NCBI GenBank assembly: GCA_951406725.2
Contig: OX597819.1
Span: 22,134,001-22,198,000, forward strand
DNA: 64,000 nt
Source: Octopus vulgaris
Lineage: Eukaryota
Direction: 5' to 3'
The notes under the pieces are model-generated. The model saw only the letters and a list, made by a program, of their open reading frames with translations, did not search any database and had not been told where the DNA came from. This document shows positions 1 to 13,328 of the stretch, piece after piece (position 1 is the stretch's first letter; the number at the start of each line of letters is the position of its first letter). Made by a program: the position numbers and the translations under genes.

Positions 1-461
1 GTTCAGGATCAGCCCTATTGTCCCATAAGCAAAGAAAACAGGAATACTTAGTGTACCCACCTTGTAATCGAAGTAAGGGGGCAAACATCTTAAAGTCACC
101 ACAAACATCTCATTTAAACTTATCGTAGTTTACTTTCTCAAGAAGCTCTTTTACATTGTCATATTCGTCCTTTATCTGTACCGAGTACGCAATAGGCAGC
201 GATGGATTCTGATTTCCATTGGGTAATAAAACGGATTTGAGGCTTTTTGTTGAGCTATGAAAAGTCTTCAGGTTTGTGATCAATGATTTGGAGCACTTTC
301 TATGGCCTTCCGGAATAGAGTGCTAATGTTCATGCTAATGGAGTGCTATTGAGTGTGAACTCAAAAGAAATGTATTATCAGTAAAAGGATATAGTGGGTA
401 AATAAGTAAGATAAAATGGTTTAAAATTAAAGTGAAGGAATTTCCTTCACTGATATATCTT

Positions 462-865
462 TATCTATCTTTTATCTTTTACTTGTTTCAGTCATTTGAC
501 TGCGGCCATGCTGGAGCACCGCCTTTAATCGAGCAACTCGACCCCGGTACTTATTCTTTTTGTAAGCCCAGTACTTATTCTATCGGTCTCTTTTGCCGCA
601 CCGCTAAGTAACGGGGACATAAACACACCAGCATCGGTTCTCAAGCAATGCTAGGTGGACAAACACAGACACACAAACACACATATATATATACATATAC
701 ACGACGGGCTTCTTTCAGTTTCCGTCTACCAAATCCACTCACAAGGCATTCGTCGGCCCGAGGCTATAGTAGAAGACACTTGCCCAAGGTGCCACGGAGT
801 GGGACTGAACCTGGAACCATGTGGTTGGTAAACAAGCTACTTACCACACAGCCACTCCTGCGCCT
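462..865 (-). mobile_element. tRNA-derived SINE family A, full length
   Basis: Reverse complement begins aggcgcaggagtggctgtgtggtaag (A-box-like) ... ggttcagtccc (B-box-like), has an internal (TA/TG)n and ends gcatggccgcagtcaaatgactgaaacaagtaaaaga. Near-identical copies at 11302, 12906, 50168 and 58778; a diverged copy at 39753. Confidence 0.85.
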
Positions 866-1553
866 ATATATTTCACTATCTATTTTATAATGCTAGAAAT
901 ATATTCTAAGGTTATTAGCATATAGAAAATATATGAAATTTTTAACATATTCTTTTAATTCAATTCATTAATACAAATAAATCACTATTTACTAATTAAC
1001 TATAAATTTATATTAAATTGGTATAGAAACTTATATAAATAGGAAATTATTTCTATATTCTCCATCACTATATTGTGTAAAATACTGAAAATATTCTGAT
1101 TCTTTGAAAAACTCTCTAAAATTACCATTGGGATTATGGCTGTCAAATAGTTAAGTATTATAAGTTTTTACTCTCCCTACCCCATCAGCTTTAGCCTGCT
1201 AATTTTGGCTGAAATATATTCTACTGGACCCGAATGTTTTCTACTTCAAAGGGATCTTCATTTATGGCTCTGCCACTTAAACTATCTTTTTCTCTGTCCA
1301 TAAAAGATTCTTGTTTTCCACTAGACCTTATAAACTGGTCTATAAACTTAAACCCCCTCCCCCAGTAGTGAATCTAAATAACAAAGTAAAATCAATGATA
1401 AGCATTATCTTCATGGAGAAAAATATCAGTTACTATTATGATATTGTTGATGAAACTTGTTCTCTATCTACCTACTTACCATCTTTGTCAGTTTTGTTAA
1501 TGGAATAACTATAAAAATGAATCTTTTACATTTAACAAAATTCTATATTTTTA

Positions 1554-1641
1554 TGCAGCTGAAGATTGCTCTACACTTTAAAACTGATGTAATACTTGCA
1601 TTGTTCAATTAAATGGAGTCGCATGAAACGATCGTACTGCA
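1554..1641 (+). ncRNA. Minimal type I hammerhead ribozyme motif (Penelope-type repeat end)
   Basis: tgcag-CTGAAGA-[long imperfect stem II]-GAAA-CGATCG (palindrome)-TA-ctgca, with a 5-bp stem I. A degenerate homolog lies at 57044-57130. Confidence 0.55.
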
Positions 1642-1654
1642 ATACCTCTGGTAA

Positions 1655-1670
1655 TTATATATGTCTATAT

Positions 1671-1735
<65 letters not shown>

Positions 1736-1752
1736 CGGACAGACAGACACAC

Positions 1753-1794
<42 letters not shown>

Positions 1795-1802
1795 TATACA
1801 CA

Positions 1803-1867
<65 letters not shown>

Positions 1868-1890
1868 CTGTGTGTCTGTGTGTCTGTGTG
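1655..1890. repeat. Compound microsatellite (TA)n(GA)n(GATA)n(TG)n
   Basis: Directly visible; explains the ORFs at 1609-2025. Confidence 0.95.
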
Positions 1891-3119
1891 TCTTTCTGCA
1901 TTTGTTTTCCAAACTTTCTGAGGTGAAATCAATGGCATGAAACAGATATTGTCATATTTCGAGACTTTAATCCCTTTTTTTTTTCCATGCCAGATAAACA
2001 GATGCATTATACATTCGATCATCACTCGTCTATTAATTCTCTTATTTTACGTCCTTTCTCTGGAAATCTTTCGTCCCACATCTTCCAACCTCTTCAACGG
2101 CTCTCCATCCCACATGTCTTCTGTTCTGTTTAGTCAGTTCTGTCTTATTATGATGTCTATCCTTATCTGCACATGAGTTTACGCCTGTATCTGTGTGTGT
2201 GTGCGCTCGCGTGTGCATGTGTGTGTGTAGGCGTTTCTATGTAAGTTTGCATGTGTTTTGTGTTTATACATGGCTTTGCTTGCTATACTCTCTGTATCCG
2301 GGCTCTTTATTTAGTTTCTTTTTTTCATTTGTTTATCTATCTCTCTATTTCTCCCCTTATTTTCGTCTTGTGTCATTTGTGTGTGTGTCTTACACTATTT
2401 GTATATGTGTCGTTTTTTCTTTTCACTCATTTAGTCGTCTTGCTCCGTAGCGTCGTGGTGTGGGATGTTGGTGGTTCATTCGTGTTTTCTGTTGAAGATC
2501 AGTATGTCTTCTGTTATATGTGTGGCTTCTGTAATCTGTCCCAATGTCAAGTCTGTTCTATACGTTGATAATACCTTAACATCTCTGTTATTAACAGAGC
2601 CTTTATGTTCTAATTGAGCATATTGGTAGAGCACTGGCGAGCCTTTCTTGTCCAGCTCCCACTTATCCGCTCTCTATCCGCTACGTGAATCCCTATGGGA
2701 ATTCCTATTCCCATTCACCCATCCGCTCCCCTATGCTGCATGCCGTCTCCCCAATATTATTTATCTCGTTTGTGCGCCATAGACCACTTTCCTAAACTTA
2801 CAGTTAACCTGTGGCTTCATCCTACATACTATACAGTTGCTTTCCCTACAAGGAGGCTTTTCGAATGGATGTTCTAAAGATCAGAGATTTTTGTGGCTTC
2901 CTAACTTCTCTACTACTTTAATCTGCAGATTTATCTTATTCAATGTTTTCCTGAAAAGATAGGCTAGTTCGTCGCCTGATGGAGCATCAACAAACATGAC
3001 ACTCTGATAATTTTGGTTGTCATACTATGAGTTTGCCTCGTGTATCTTCTCTTTGCTCCTTTCTATACTTATCCAGGTTTTACTCCTGTTTAGTGGGCAG
3101 TTCCCATTTGCATCATTTT

Positions 3120-3300
3120 CATATGTCTAATATTCCAACCCAATGCAATTGTACGAGACTAAACGTATGCCCATTAAATCGTTAATGTACTGAGCGAAAT
3201 TCAAGTTCATAGATGTCAGTATACGTATTTATTTACGTTTAGCAGACCATAACTTTAAAAATAGAAGGCCATAACAGACCTATTCTCTCTTATTACAGGA
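3120..3300 (+). mobile_element. Penelope-like element fragment (Cys-rich linker before GIY-YIG)
   Basis: Translates QCNCTRLNVCPLNR*CTERN, matching the CxC...CPL..C linker also seen at 19750-19830. Confidence 0.45.
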
Positions 3301-3862
3301 GAAAAGAAATATCACTTCTTTATTGATACACCCCTGGAGATTGAAAGTGGAATGTACTACAAACCAATTTTAAGTGAACAAATTTCGTAAAGCACCTATT
3401 TTGAAGAGTCCAGGTCGTTGTGCTTGACTTTCTCTCCGAAATTTTTCATGATGGGGTTGTATTTGATTAACTTCTGGTAACGATCACATTTTGAAATATC
3501 GTCATCAAAATTAGTAATTGCTTCGGAATATCATTGATACCCAAATAAGTTTGATATTCTACGCCTTCTTGGTTAAACTTGTGGAGAAGTCTTCAAAAAA
3601 TTTCGAAAATTTTCTGAAGTGCTTTCAATATACTGTGTATAATTTGAGTTCTCTTTCCTTACTACAGTAGTATCTTATGTCAAAGGATTTCCGTAAGCAA
3701 AGCGTTGTTAAAGGGATTTAAAGAACTCATTTTGCTTCGTTTATCGAATTTTATGTATTATCATATCATTTCAGTACAGACCAAGTTGGCTTCCGTTGTA
3801 CTGTTAACTTTTATGTTTTGTATCTATTCTCTCTCTATCTCTGTCTCTTTCTTTCTTTCTCT

Positions 3863-3894
<32 letters not shown>

Positions 3895-4662
3895 TCTTTT
3901 ATGCCTTTTATGTGTCTGTTGACTTTGTCTTCCTTTTCGACTTCTCGCTATAAACGTCAGTTTATTTCTATTTCTCCCTTTCTCGTATGCCTTCATTCAC
4001 ATTCGTTCATTTCCCTCTCTTCTGTTTTTCTTACATTGGACTTAGAAACGATTTTTTTTTTTTTGTTCTGTTCTTCTCAAATATGTACCCACTTCGAATG
4101 TCACGGAAAGTGCATTTGTTATGAAATAACATAAAGAAATTTGTGCCAACCGCCTCTTCGTTCTTTTATTTCTCATTTTCTTTCTCCTTCTATCGCCTTT
4201 TATTCCTTTCTCTTTCACTTCATCTTTGCTCCTTTCATCATTTTTGTGCCTTATTCCTTGTTCATCTCACTTTTCATTTCCGTAAACTTGCCTGTCTGCC
4301 TCTTTGTCTAACAGTTTTCTTTCTTCTATTTTTTATTTCATACGGTGTCGACCGAATTTATTAAAGAATAACTAAACTAACTACTGCCATCAATAAATTT
4401 TCACTGCAAATTTGACAACACAGCGTGGATCCCTCCCTGACGATCCTCAACAAAGACGAACCTAATCGGACATGCCGCATTCTCGGCTGCCATGGCTTCT
4501 ATGAGTTACCCACGAATTCTATTTTCCCAACAGCGTTACTACATATACTTGTATATTTATTAGACATAGGATTTCTGTGCGTAGTTATTCCAGTTATTCA
4601 TAACAATTGCGTGCTTGTAGTTTTGTTATATACACATATACGCACATGCAGACACACGCGTG

Positions 4663-4694
<32 letters not shown>

Positions 4695-4708
4695 AATCCT
4701 TAAATCCT

Positions 4709-5030
4709 TTAAAATGTTTCAGTCCGAAGGCTGCGGCCATGCTGGGGCACCACCGTTGAATGAGCTACACTAGTATGTGATTCAGCCTCTGATACGTGGC
4801 ACTTGGTCAACAAGGGACTTTGATGCCGCTGCCCGCATCTGTGTCTCCTGTCGTGAGGTAGGTTCATCTGGGACCCCCGACAAGAAGAAATCCAGTTTAG
4901 TTTTAAAGAAACACATAACCACACCATGCAAGTTTCTCAGACATTTAGGGAGGATGTTGAAGAGCTGTGGTCCTCTGAAACCCAAGCTGTTGTAGTATCT
5001 GGTCCTGTATTTTGATGGTGGTGGAGTTTT

Positions 5031-5033
<3 letters not shown>
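4709..5033 (-). mobile_element. CR1-type LINE 3' fragment
   Basis: ORF 4782-5096 contains RTRYYNSLGFRGPQLFNILPKCLRNLHG...FKTKLDFFLSGVPDEP, homologous to the 3' end of the CR1 at 62540-62860, including the same 3' UTR. Confidence 0.85.
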
Positions 5034-5092
<59 letters not shown>

Positions 5093-5099
<7 letters not shown>

Positions 5100-5380
5100 A
5101 TCACGTGACCGACCAGACCATCAGATGTTGTTACACATCGCTGGTCACAATGCGTTCGCATTGTTTTAGCCTTCGAATGAAACCACCCCGCTGGCTAAGC
5201 GAGCAGGCCAACAGAAGAAAGAGTGGGAGAAAGAGTGGTGGAAGAGTACAGCAGGGATCACCACCCCCTGCCGGAGACTCGTGGAGCTTTTAGGTGTTTT
5301 TGCTCAATAAACACTCACAATAAAACCACGATCCTACGACCGCGAGTCCGCTGCCCTAACCACTGGGCCATTGCGCGTCC

Positions 5381-5381
<1 letters not shown>
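5093..5381 (-). mobile_element. tRNA-derived SINE family B
   Basis: Reverse-complement homolog of 6058-6361; flanked by (TA)n on both sides. Confidence 0.8.
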
Positions 5382-5440
<59 letters not shown>

Positions 5441-5671
5441 GGGTAGCTTATTAGCAATTTAAGAACATCAAAGCAAATTAATAGAGGTCACAAAAGTGAC
5501 AAACGGTACTAATTAGTACCAATATTGCTAGAAAGAAAAGTAAAAAAAGAACAACTCAAAAGACACAAAGCACTATTTTGATGTCTGACAAGGGGAAGCC
5601 CCTAGCGGATATAGCAGAATCGACGATTTTGGATTTTGATGCAGAGTATCTTACTCATCCTCAGTGACTCA

Positions 5672-5725
<54 letters not shown>

Positions 5726-5874
5726 AATGGAAGAAGCAGAGCAAGAGCACACAGGAAGATTGAAAGTGGCAGATGTGTGACGAAAGATTCCCGGACGATG
5801 GACATCAGTTAAAATAAGTTCAGTTATAAACGAGTGTAGAACGAATATATAGTGCATATTTTTATTTGGTAGTA

Positions 5875-6398
<524 letters not shown>

Positions 6399-6418
6399 TA
6401 GGTAGGTAGGTAGGTAGG

Positions 6419-6499
<81 letters not shown>

Positions 6500-7117
6500 T
6501 GAGATGTGTAGCAACGTAGCTAGATAGCTGAATGATCCCTTTTGCAAGAAAGGTCATAGAGTAATCTCCCTTCTCTAAGCTTCTCGAAGCATAGTTTTCA
6601 CGAGACGTGACTCTTGTTTATTCAAGAAGCTTATCGTTTCTCTTAGAAGTTTCTAGAATGTCTTGCCTTCCATTAATAAAAACAGATTGCTAACCCTGCT
6701 CTTCGCTTCTTAGTCGATTAGAATTAGAGCTATTCACGTCATTGTTATGTCCGTCTATTTCTATATACAAACACTTAGCTTTTTATTCTCCATTTTCTAT
6801 TTCTGAACTTCATTGCATAGATTACTTCTTTCAACTAGATTCTACAATTTGATTCTATGTATCATCATCGACCAGGAATATAAAATATATTCCTATGTAG
6901 TAAAATATAGATCTTCAATTTATTCTTTCATCTCTTTATGAACTCTTGAAATAACAAACATACAGCCACATCAACTCTTTGTACTGAATATATATTCCAC
7001 TTCAGATGTATAGGTTTATATATGTGTATATATGAATACATATATATGTTTGTGTGTGTGTCTGTCATTGTGTGTATGTACATGTGTATATATGTATTAC
7101 GACGTATACACACACAT

Positions 7118-7172
<55 letters not shown>

Positions 7173-7181
<9 letters not shown>

Positions 7182-7438
7182 ATCACGTGACCGACCAGAC
7201 CATCAGATGTTGTTACACATCGCTGTTTTAGCCTTCGAATGACGCCACCCCGCTGGCTAAGCGAGCAGGCCAACAGAAGAAAGAGTGGGAGAAAGAGTGG
7301 TGAAAGAGTACAGCAGGGATCACCCCCCCCTTTTAGGTGTTTTCGCTCAATAAACACTCACAACGCCCAGTCTGGGAATTGAAACCGCGATCCTACGACC
7401 GCGAGTCCGCTGCCCTAACCACTGGGCCATTGCGACTC

Positions 7439-7439
<1 letters not shown>
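7173..7439 (-). mobile_element. tRNA-derived SINE family B, internally deleted
   Basis: Homologous to the 5093 and 6058 copies; flanked by (TA)n/(CA)n. Confidence 0.8.
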
Positions 7440-7507
<68 letters not shown>

Positions 7508-7743
7508 TGTCTGTCTTCACCTTTTTTAAGTGAAAACTTGTGGCTTTGGGCATTTTGATTGCTATATTTAGCATGCCGGTACTACCCTTAATTATTAATT
7601 GATAATTTTTATCTTCATGGTTCTTTTACACATGCCAAGTTACTGATGTTATTATCATATATATATATTCTCATTCTGAATCGTTATCGATTTTTTTTCC
7701 TCCGTCTTCCTTTTCTATTGAACTTTCCTCTGTCTCCTGTTTT

Positions 7744-7778
7744 GTTTCTGAAGAAGAGCTTTGCTCGAAACGTAAAAC
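7744..7778 (+). ncRNA. Minimal type I hammerhead-like motif
   Basis: gttt-CTGAAGA-a-gagc(ttt)gctc-GAAA-CG-TA-aaac. A related variant with CTGTAGA lies on the minus strand at 38965-39000. Confidence 0.55.
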
Positions 7779-8058
7779 CACCTTGCTTTCCTTCCCTGAG
7801 CGTCTGCTAATACTTTACATGTACCATGTCCTCGCGTTGTTGCTTTTCGTTGTTTAGGTTCACTGCATATATATATATATATATATACGCACATGTATAT
7901 GCATATATACATACTTATAGTGTATTATTTAGACAGTTTGTGTTACATACAAAGTAGTGTACTCTGTGTTATAGAGAATATGTGAAAATGTGTTTGTGGA
8001 CATGTGTATACGTGTGCGTGTGGTATATGAATTTATTTTTATATATATGATATATCAT

Positions 8059-8112
<54 letters not shown>

Positions 8113-9039
8113 CTATTAGCGTTGACTACTATTTTCTAGTAATCGTTACTTGAAATTTTATGCTGACTAGATAAGGGCCAGGCGACATTTCAACTTTTGA
8201 AACAAGTGAAAATATTATTGGTGTTCAGCTTATCGGATTTAGTCACGAAAAACATCGTCAGTATCGTTGGTATTATATTTCTCCCGTTTGACACTTTATT
8301 TCACATTTCTTCATTTCATAATATAACAGTCTCGAGAATAGATAAAAAAGACTATCTAAGAAATGGTGAATTGTTAACTGAAATAAACTGTCGTCCTTAC
8401 CAGGTATTTAGACACGCGGAAGTGGGCACAGGTTCCTCTCGCATTCACTTAATGCTGTTGTGAAACCGAAGCTGAGATTTCTTAAAAGCTACTTTTCTTT
8501 CCTGGCAGAAATGTGCACTCTTTTCATTACGTTTCAACAATTCCAGCTGCCTTATAGTCAACAATATGAATGACAGCAACAGCAACATCAACAGTTATAT
8601 ATTTTTCTACTTATTTATATTTTTTGATGATTGTTTTAAAAGATGGCATTATCCCTATCTTTTCGTCTCAGAAAGTAATAGTGATAATACACGATTCTAT
8701 GTTTACCACCGATCTTTCTAAAATCCAACATTTACATCCGGCAATCTAGTGAGGTTCTTAAATTTCAAATCTATCCAAATCTGCCAACCGGATTCCAGGT
8801 CTTAAACGTAGCGATAGAAAGACCACCATTTTGTCACGTACGAACAAAAATGGCGGTTTCCTTTAATGTTTGCTTCTCGCCATCATTAATTCTCTCAAAC
8901 AGTGTTGGGATTTTTGTTTCGTTATTTTGTTTTTTCGTTTGTATTGTTTTATTTATTCTTATCTTAAACATTATGATTAAATTTCAGTAAATCCTTCCTA
9001 ATTCCTTTTCTGTTTATTCCATTTGATTACAGACAGAAC

Positions 9040-9194
9040 TTCATTGAATAAAGTCGCCTTCATTGTTGTTGTTGTTGCTGCTGTTAATATTATCATCATT
9101 CTTATTATTATTAAAAATTATATTAGAAATTACTACTACTACTACTACTACTACTACGACTACTACTACCTCCATTATTATGATTACTATTATT

Positions 9195-9226
<32 letters not shown>
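9040..9226. repeat. Compound trinucleotide microsatellite (GTT/ATT/ACT)
   Basis: Directly visible. Confidence 0.95.
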
Positions 9227-9229
9227 CGC

Positions 9230-10350
9230 CAGAGCAGGTGGTGTGTTTTTGGAGTGCTGTAAGTTTGTTTAATTCACTTGTTTTAAAAGGTTCTATACTG
9301 TATTTTATTAACCAAAGCCCCATTTTGGGGGTGATACAAACCTTTTTGTTTTCAAATTTCTTCGAAAATTTGCTTCGAAGAAAGTAAACATTGACGATGG
9401 CGACGAAAAATGGAGTGAGGAAGGAAGATGGTACGACAGTTTGCACGAGGACTTCCCTGTCCTCCCCGCCATGATTGACAGCAGACAGGAGGAGTAGGAA
9501 GAAGAAGAAGAAGAAGAAGAAGAAGAAGAAGAAGAAGAAGAAGAAGAAGAAGAAGAAGAAGAAGAGGGAGGGGAGGAGGAAGGAAGGAAGGAAAGAGAAG
9601 AGGAGGAGGAAGGGAAAGGAAGGAAGGAGAAGAGGAGGAGGAAGGGAAAGGAAGGAAGGAGAAGAGGAGGAGGAGGAGGGGAAGGAAGGAAGAGGAGGAG
9701 GAGGAGGAGGAGGAGGAAGGAAGAAGAAGAGGAGGAGGAAGAGGAGGAAGGAAGAAGAAGAAGAAGAAGAAGAAGAAGAAGAAGAAGAGGAGGAAGGAAG
9801 GAAGAAGAAGAAGAAGAAGAGGAGGAAGGAAGGAAGAAGAAGAAGAAGAGGAGGAAGGAAGGAAGAGGAGGAAGGAAGGAAGAAGAAGAGGAGGAGGAGG
9901 AAGAGGAGGAAAGAAGGAAGAAGAAGAAGAGAGGAGGAAGGAAGAAGAAGAAGAAGAAGAAGAGGAGGAAGGAAGGAAGAAGAAGAAGAAGAAGAGGAGG
10001 AAGGAAGGAAGAGGAGGAAGGAAGGAAGAAGAAGAAGAGGAGGAGGAAGAGGAGGAAAGAAGGAAGAAGAAGAAGAGGAGGAGGAAGTAGCAGAAGAAGA
10101 AGAAAAAGAAGAACAAGAACAAGAACAAGAAGACGCAGAAAGAAAGATCTCATGTGGTGGCTCTGGCAAAAGCGTTGTGTGGAGGAGACGATTGAAAGGG
10201 TTGAAGTACGGGTACCTTCCTGTTTGGCCAAGGCCTCATTAACTTTTTCAGCTTCCACCTGAAAAGGAAAGTGAGGCTGGAGAGAGGGAAATACTGTCAC
10301 TCAGTGAGTTCGTTGAAAGGTGGGTGAATGTGGAAAGAATACTGCTAGTT
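9230..10350 (+). mobile_element. Degenerate L1/Tx1-like deletion derivative containing a ~650-bp purine (GAA/GGA/GGAA) tract
   Basis: 10150-10345 translates, with frameshifts, to VVALAK..VWRRRLKGLK.TGTFLFGQGLINFFSFHLKRKVRLE.EILSLSEFVERWVNV, resembling L1/Tx1 ORF2 C-termini. The GA-only tract spans about 9490-10140. Confidence 0.45.
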
Positions 10351-10361
10351 TATAATATAAA

Positions 10362-10797
10362 GTTTAATGTTTCGTTTGTGAGGTTGGAGTTACGTCCCAT
10401 TTCTACCAAGAGAGATAACAAACGTTAAGAGGCAAAAGCAATCTACGGAAACGGATCCCATAAAATTAACAAGCTTCACTGGACAACTTTCTTCAAAATA
10501 TCCCAGACCAAACTCCTACACCCGGATATGTATCCAACAATAATAGCTCTTAGCTAGTATTGTCTACGGTGCCCCATATATGACTAAAAGACATTACCAG
10601 GTAGTGCTATTAAGTTAGACATGCCCTGGGCTTCTTATTCTGGCTGTAAACATATCATAGTTATATAGAAATGTTTCCCAATTCATATTTTTACTGGATT
10701 AGATAGCCTCGCCTGTCAAGGGAAGCAACTCTTGTCTCTGTTATCTCCCCTAGTAGTGATGGGACGTAAATCCAGCCTCGCAAACGAAGCATTAAAT
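10362..10797. mobile_element. MITE-like element with ~60-bp imperfect terminal inverted repeats
   Basis: tttaatgtttcgtttgtgaggttggagttacgtcccat...gagataaca (10362-10420) versus tgttatctc...atgggacgtaaatccagcctcgcaaacgaagcattaaa (10739-10797). Confidence 0.6.
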
Positions 10798-11301
10798 TTT
10801 TCAGTTGTAAATCGTCGAAAAATGTCCCCAATGATATTAATGAAAAGATGTTCTTTTGGTTTTATTTTGTTTTATGTAATAAAATAAATCAGTTTTATGG
10901 CGTTGCCTCATTTCATATGGATTTAGTTATAACAAACTAATTCTGAGGCCGGTTAGTCTGTCCTTTCCAACCATGCCAATCTCCATGGTTTTTTCCTCAT
11001 TTTAAGTCACCGCTTCTCCCAGAGTTTCCCTTTTCTAGTAATATTATTTTTCTAAGACATACATCACTTATTGTCTACTTTACCCCCTCTGAGATTCCTC
11101 ATCCACTGAGATTTTTTTAAGAAAATTCTTGTCCTATGTCTACAGCTCATTGAGTTTGGAATTCATTTTGTTACCATATTTTAGTGAAATAACTCTCCGT
11201 TGGTTTGAGGTTACATAAAATAAATCGAGAATTCTAGTAATTTTTTTAACTTCTTGGGATCCAAACTCTCAACATCAGTTAATTGTGTTGATATTGTACA
11301 C

Positions 11302-11716
11302 AGGCGCAAGAGTGGCTGTGTGGTAAGTAGCTTGTTTACCAACCACATGGTTCCGGGTTCAATCCCACTGCGTGGCACTTTGGGCAGGTGTATTCTACTA
11401 AAGCCTCGGGCCAACCAAAGCCTTGTGAGTGGATTTGGTAGACGGAAACTGAAAGAAGCCCGTCGTATATATGTACATATATATATGCGTGCGTGTGTTT
11501 GTGTGTCTGTGTCTGTCCCCCTAGCATTGCTTGACAACCGATGCTGGTGTGTTTATGTCCCCGTTACTTAGCGGTTCGGCAAAAGAGACTGATAGAATAA
11601 GTACTGGGCTTACAAAAGAATAAGTCCCGGGGTCGATTTGCTCGATTAAAAGGTGGTGCTCCAGCATGGCCGCAGTCAAATGACTGAAACAAGTAAAAGA
11701 GTAAAGAGTAAAAGAG
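11302..11716 (+). mobile_element. SINE family A, full length
   Basis: Homologous to 462-865; ends in a (gtaaaaga)n tail. Confidence 0.85.
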
Positions 11717-12074
11717 TATGTCCATTCCTTTGGAGTTAGTGAAATGTGGAGTAAAACCAGTGGTATTTTGACTGGTACCTTATGAAACTGAGAAATACGC
11801 AGGTGAAAGACCACCCTGAAGGGATTTGAACTGAACACATAAAGGGATGTAAGTGAATCCCTTTCTAATCAAAAGCAAATCATGTACACACAACCATGAA
11901 TGATAGAGAGTAGTGTTTAGCTATGAGACAACCTAGGAAAATAACTGGACTCTGGTCAAGTTGATTTGTATACCAGTAATACATCCCCAAATGTCAGAAA
12001 CGAAAACAGTTTATGTACATAATGAGAACTGCACTGATAATTTATTCCTGCCGATGTTAGTGGTACATTGACAA

Positions 12075-12340
12075 TCATCATCATTATGGTTTAACAGCCA
12101 TTTTCCATGCTAGCATGGGTTGGACGGTTCGGCTGGGGTCTGGGAAGCCAGGAGGCTGCACCAGGCTCCAGTCTGATCTGGATGCCCTTCTTAATGCTAA
12201 CCACTCCGTGAGTGTAGTGGGTGCTTTTTGTGTCACCGGCATGGATGCCAGTCAAAGCGGTGCTGGCATCGGCCATGTTCGGATGGTGCTTTTTACATGC
12301 CACTGGCACGGGTATCACAACTACAATTTCCATTTGATTT
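12075..12340 (-). mobile_element. Interspersed repeat, SINE-like 3' part
   Basis: Reverse complement contains agcattaagaagggcatccag...ccaacccatgctagcatggaaaatgg and a (TGA)n tail, resembling RTE-partnered SINEs. Confidence 0.45.
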
Positions 12341-12905
12341 TTATTTTGATGTTAAAGTACTTGAATCAATATGTCTCCTCAAGCACAGCAGGTCACCCTA
12401 CGATCCAAGGTTATTACTCACTCCAAGATAACCCTTTCACATATGAATCAATGATCAAAGGATATTGCAATATTATGTACAAAGATCGTCACAGTGAAGC
12501 ACTAATTAGAAAGTCTCTCTTTTCATCTACATTCCTGTATCTGTGCTTGTTTGTAATTCCCATTCCAACAATTCAATATTTAGTAAACATGTTAAAACGG
12601 AGTATTAACTGTGATAGCTTCACCATACTTGTGGAAGTCATGAATGATTTGTATAGGTACGTACATAATTTCACAGGTACATATTAAACATTATTTAAAT
12701 ATGAAATAATTAAGAGATGCTACCTGGAGTAATATCAAATGTGAATTAGCTTATTTCTTGCCTGGATGATTGAAAGGTGAAGTGGAAATACATGTGATCT
12801 AAGAAAAAAACTTATTTGCTAGAGACCAATTTTATTTCCTTTATTCCAGTACCTTCAAGAAACAACAGCAGACATGTTTCAATCTTATTTTTAATGTTTA
12901 CCTCT

Positions 12906-13057
12906 GGTAAGTAGCTTGCATACCAACCACATGGTTCCGGATTCAGTCCCACTGCGTGGCACCTTGTGAAAGTGTCTTCTACTATAGCCATGGGCCAACC
13001 AAAGCCTTGTGAATGGATTTGGTAGACGGAAACTGACAGAAGCCCGTTGTATATATG

Positions 13058-13090
<33 letters not shown>

Positions 13091-13310
13091 ATATGTTTGT
13101 GTGTCTGTGTTTGTCCCCCCAACATCGCTTGACAACCGATGCTGGTGTGTTTACATCCCGGTAACTTAGCAGTTCGGCAAAAGAAACCGATAGAATAAGT
13201 ACTAGGCTTACAAAGAATAAGTCATGGGATCGATTTGCTCAACTAAAGGCGGTGCTCCAGCATGGCCACAGTCAATATGACTGAAACAAGTAAAAGAGAG
13301 TAAAAAGAGA
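12906..13310 (+). mobile_element. SINE family A, slightly 5'-truncated
   Basis: Homologous to the 11302 copy. Confidence 0.85.
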
Positions 13311-13328
13311 TATCTACATCAATATCTG

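Noticed and set aside
8400-8560. Donor (CTG|gtaagg) with short upstream Cys-containing frames on the minus strand
   Set aside because: No homology to the peptide exons, and stops occur in the frames from plausible acceptors.
9123-10300. Long 255-348 aa ORFs
   Set aside because: They are translations of the GA-rich simple repeat; low complexity in all frames.
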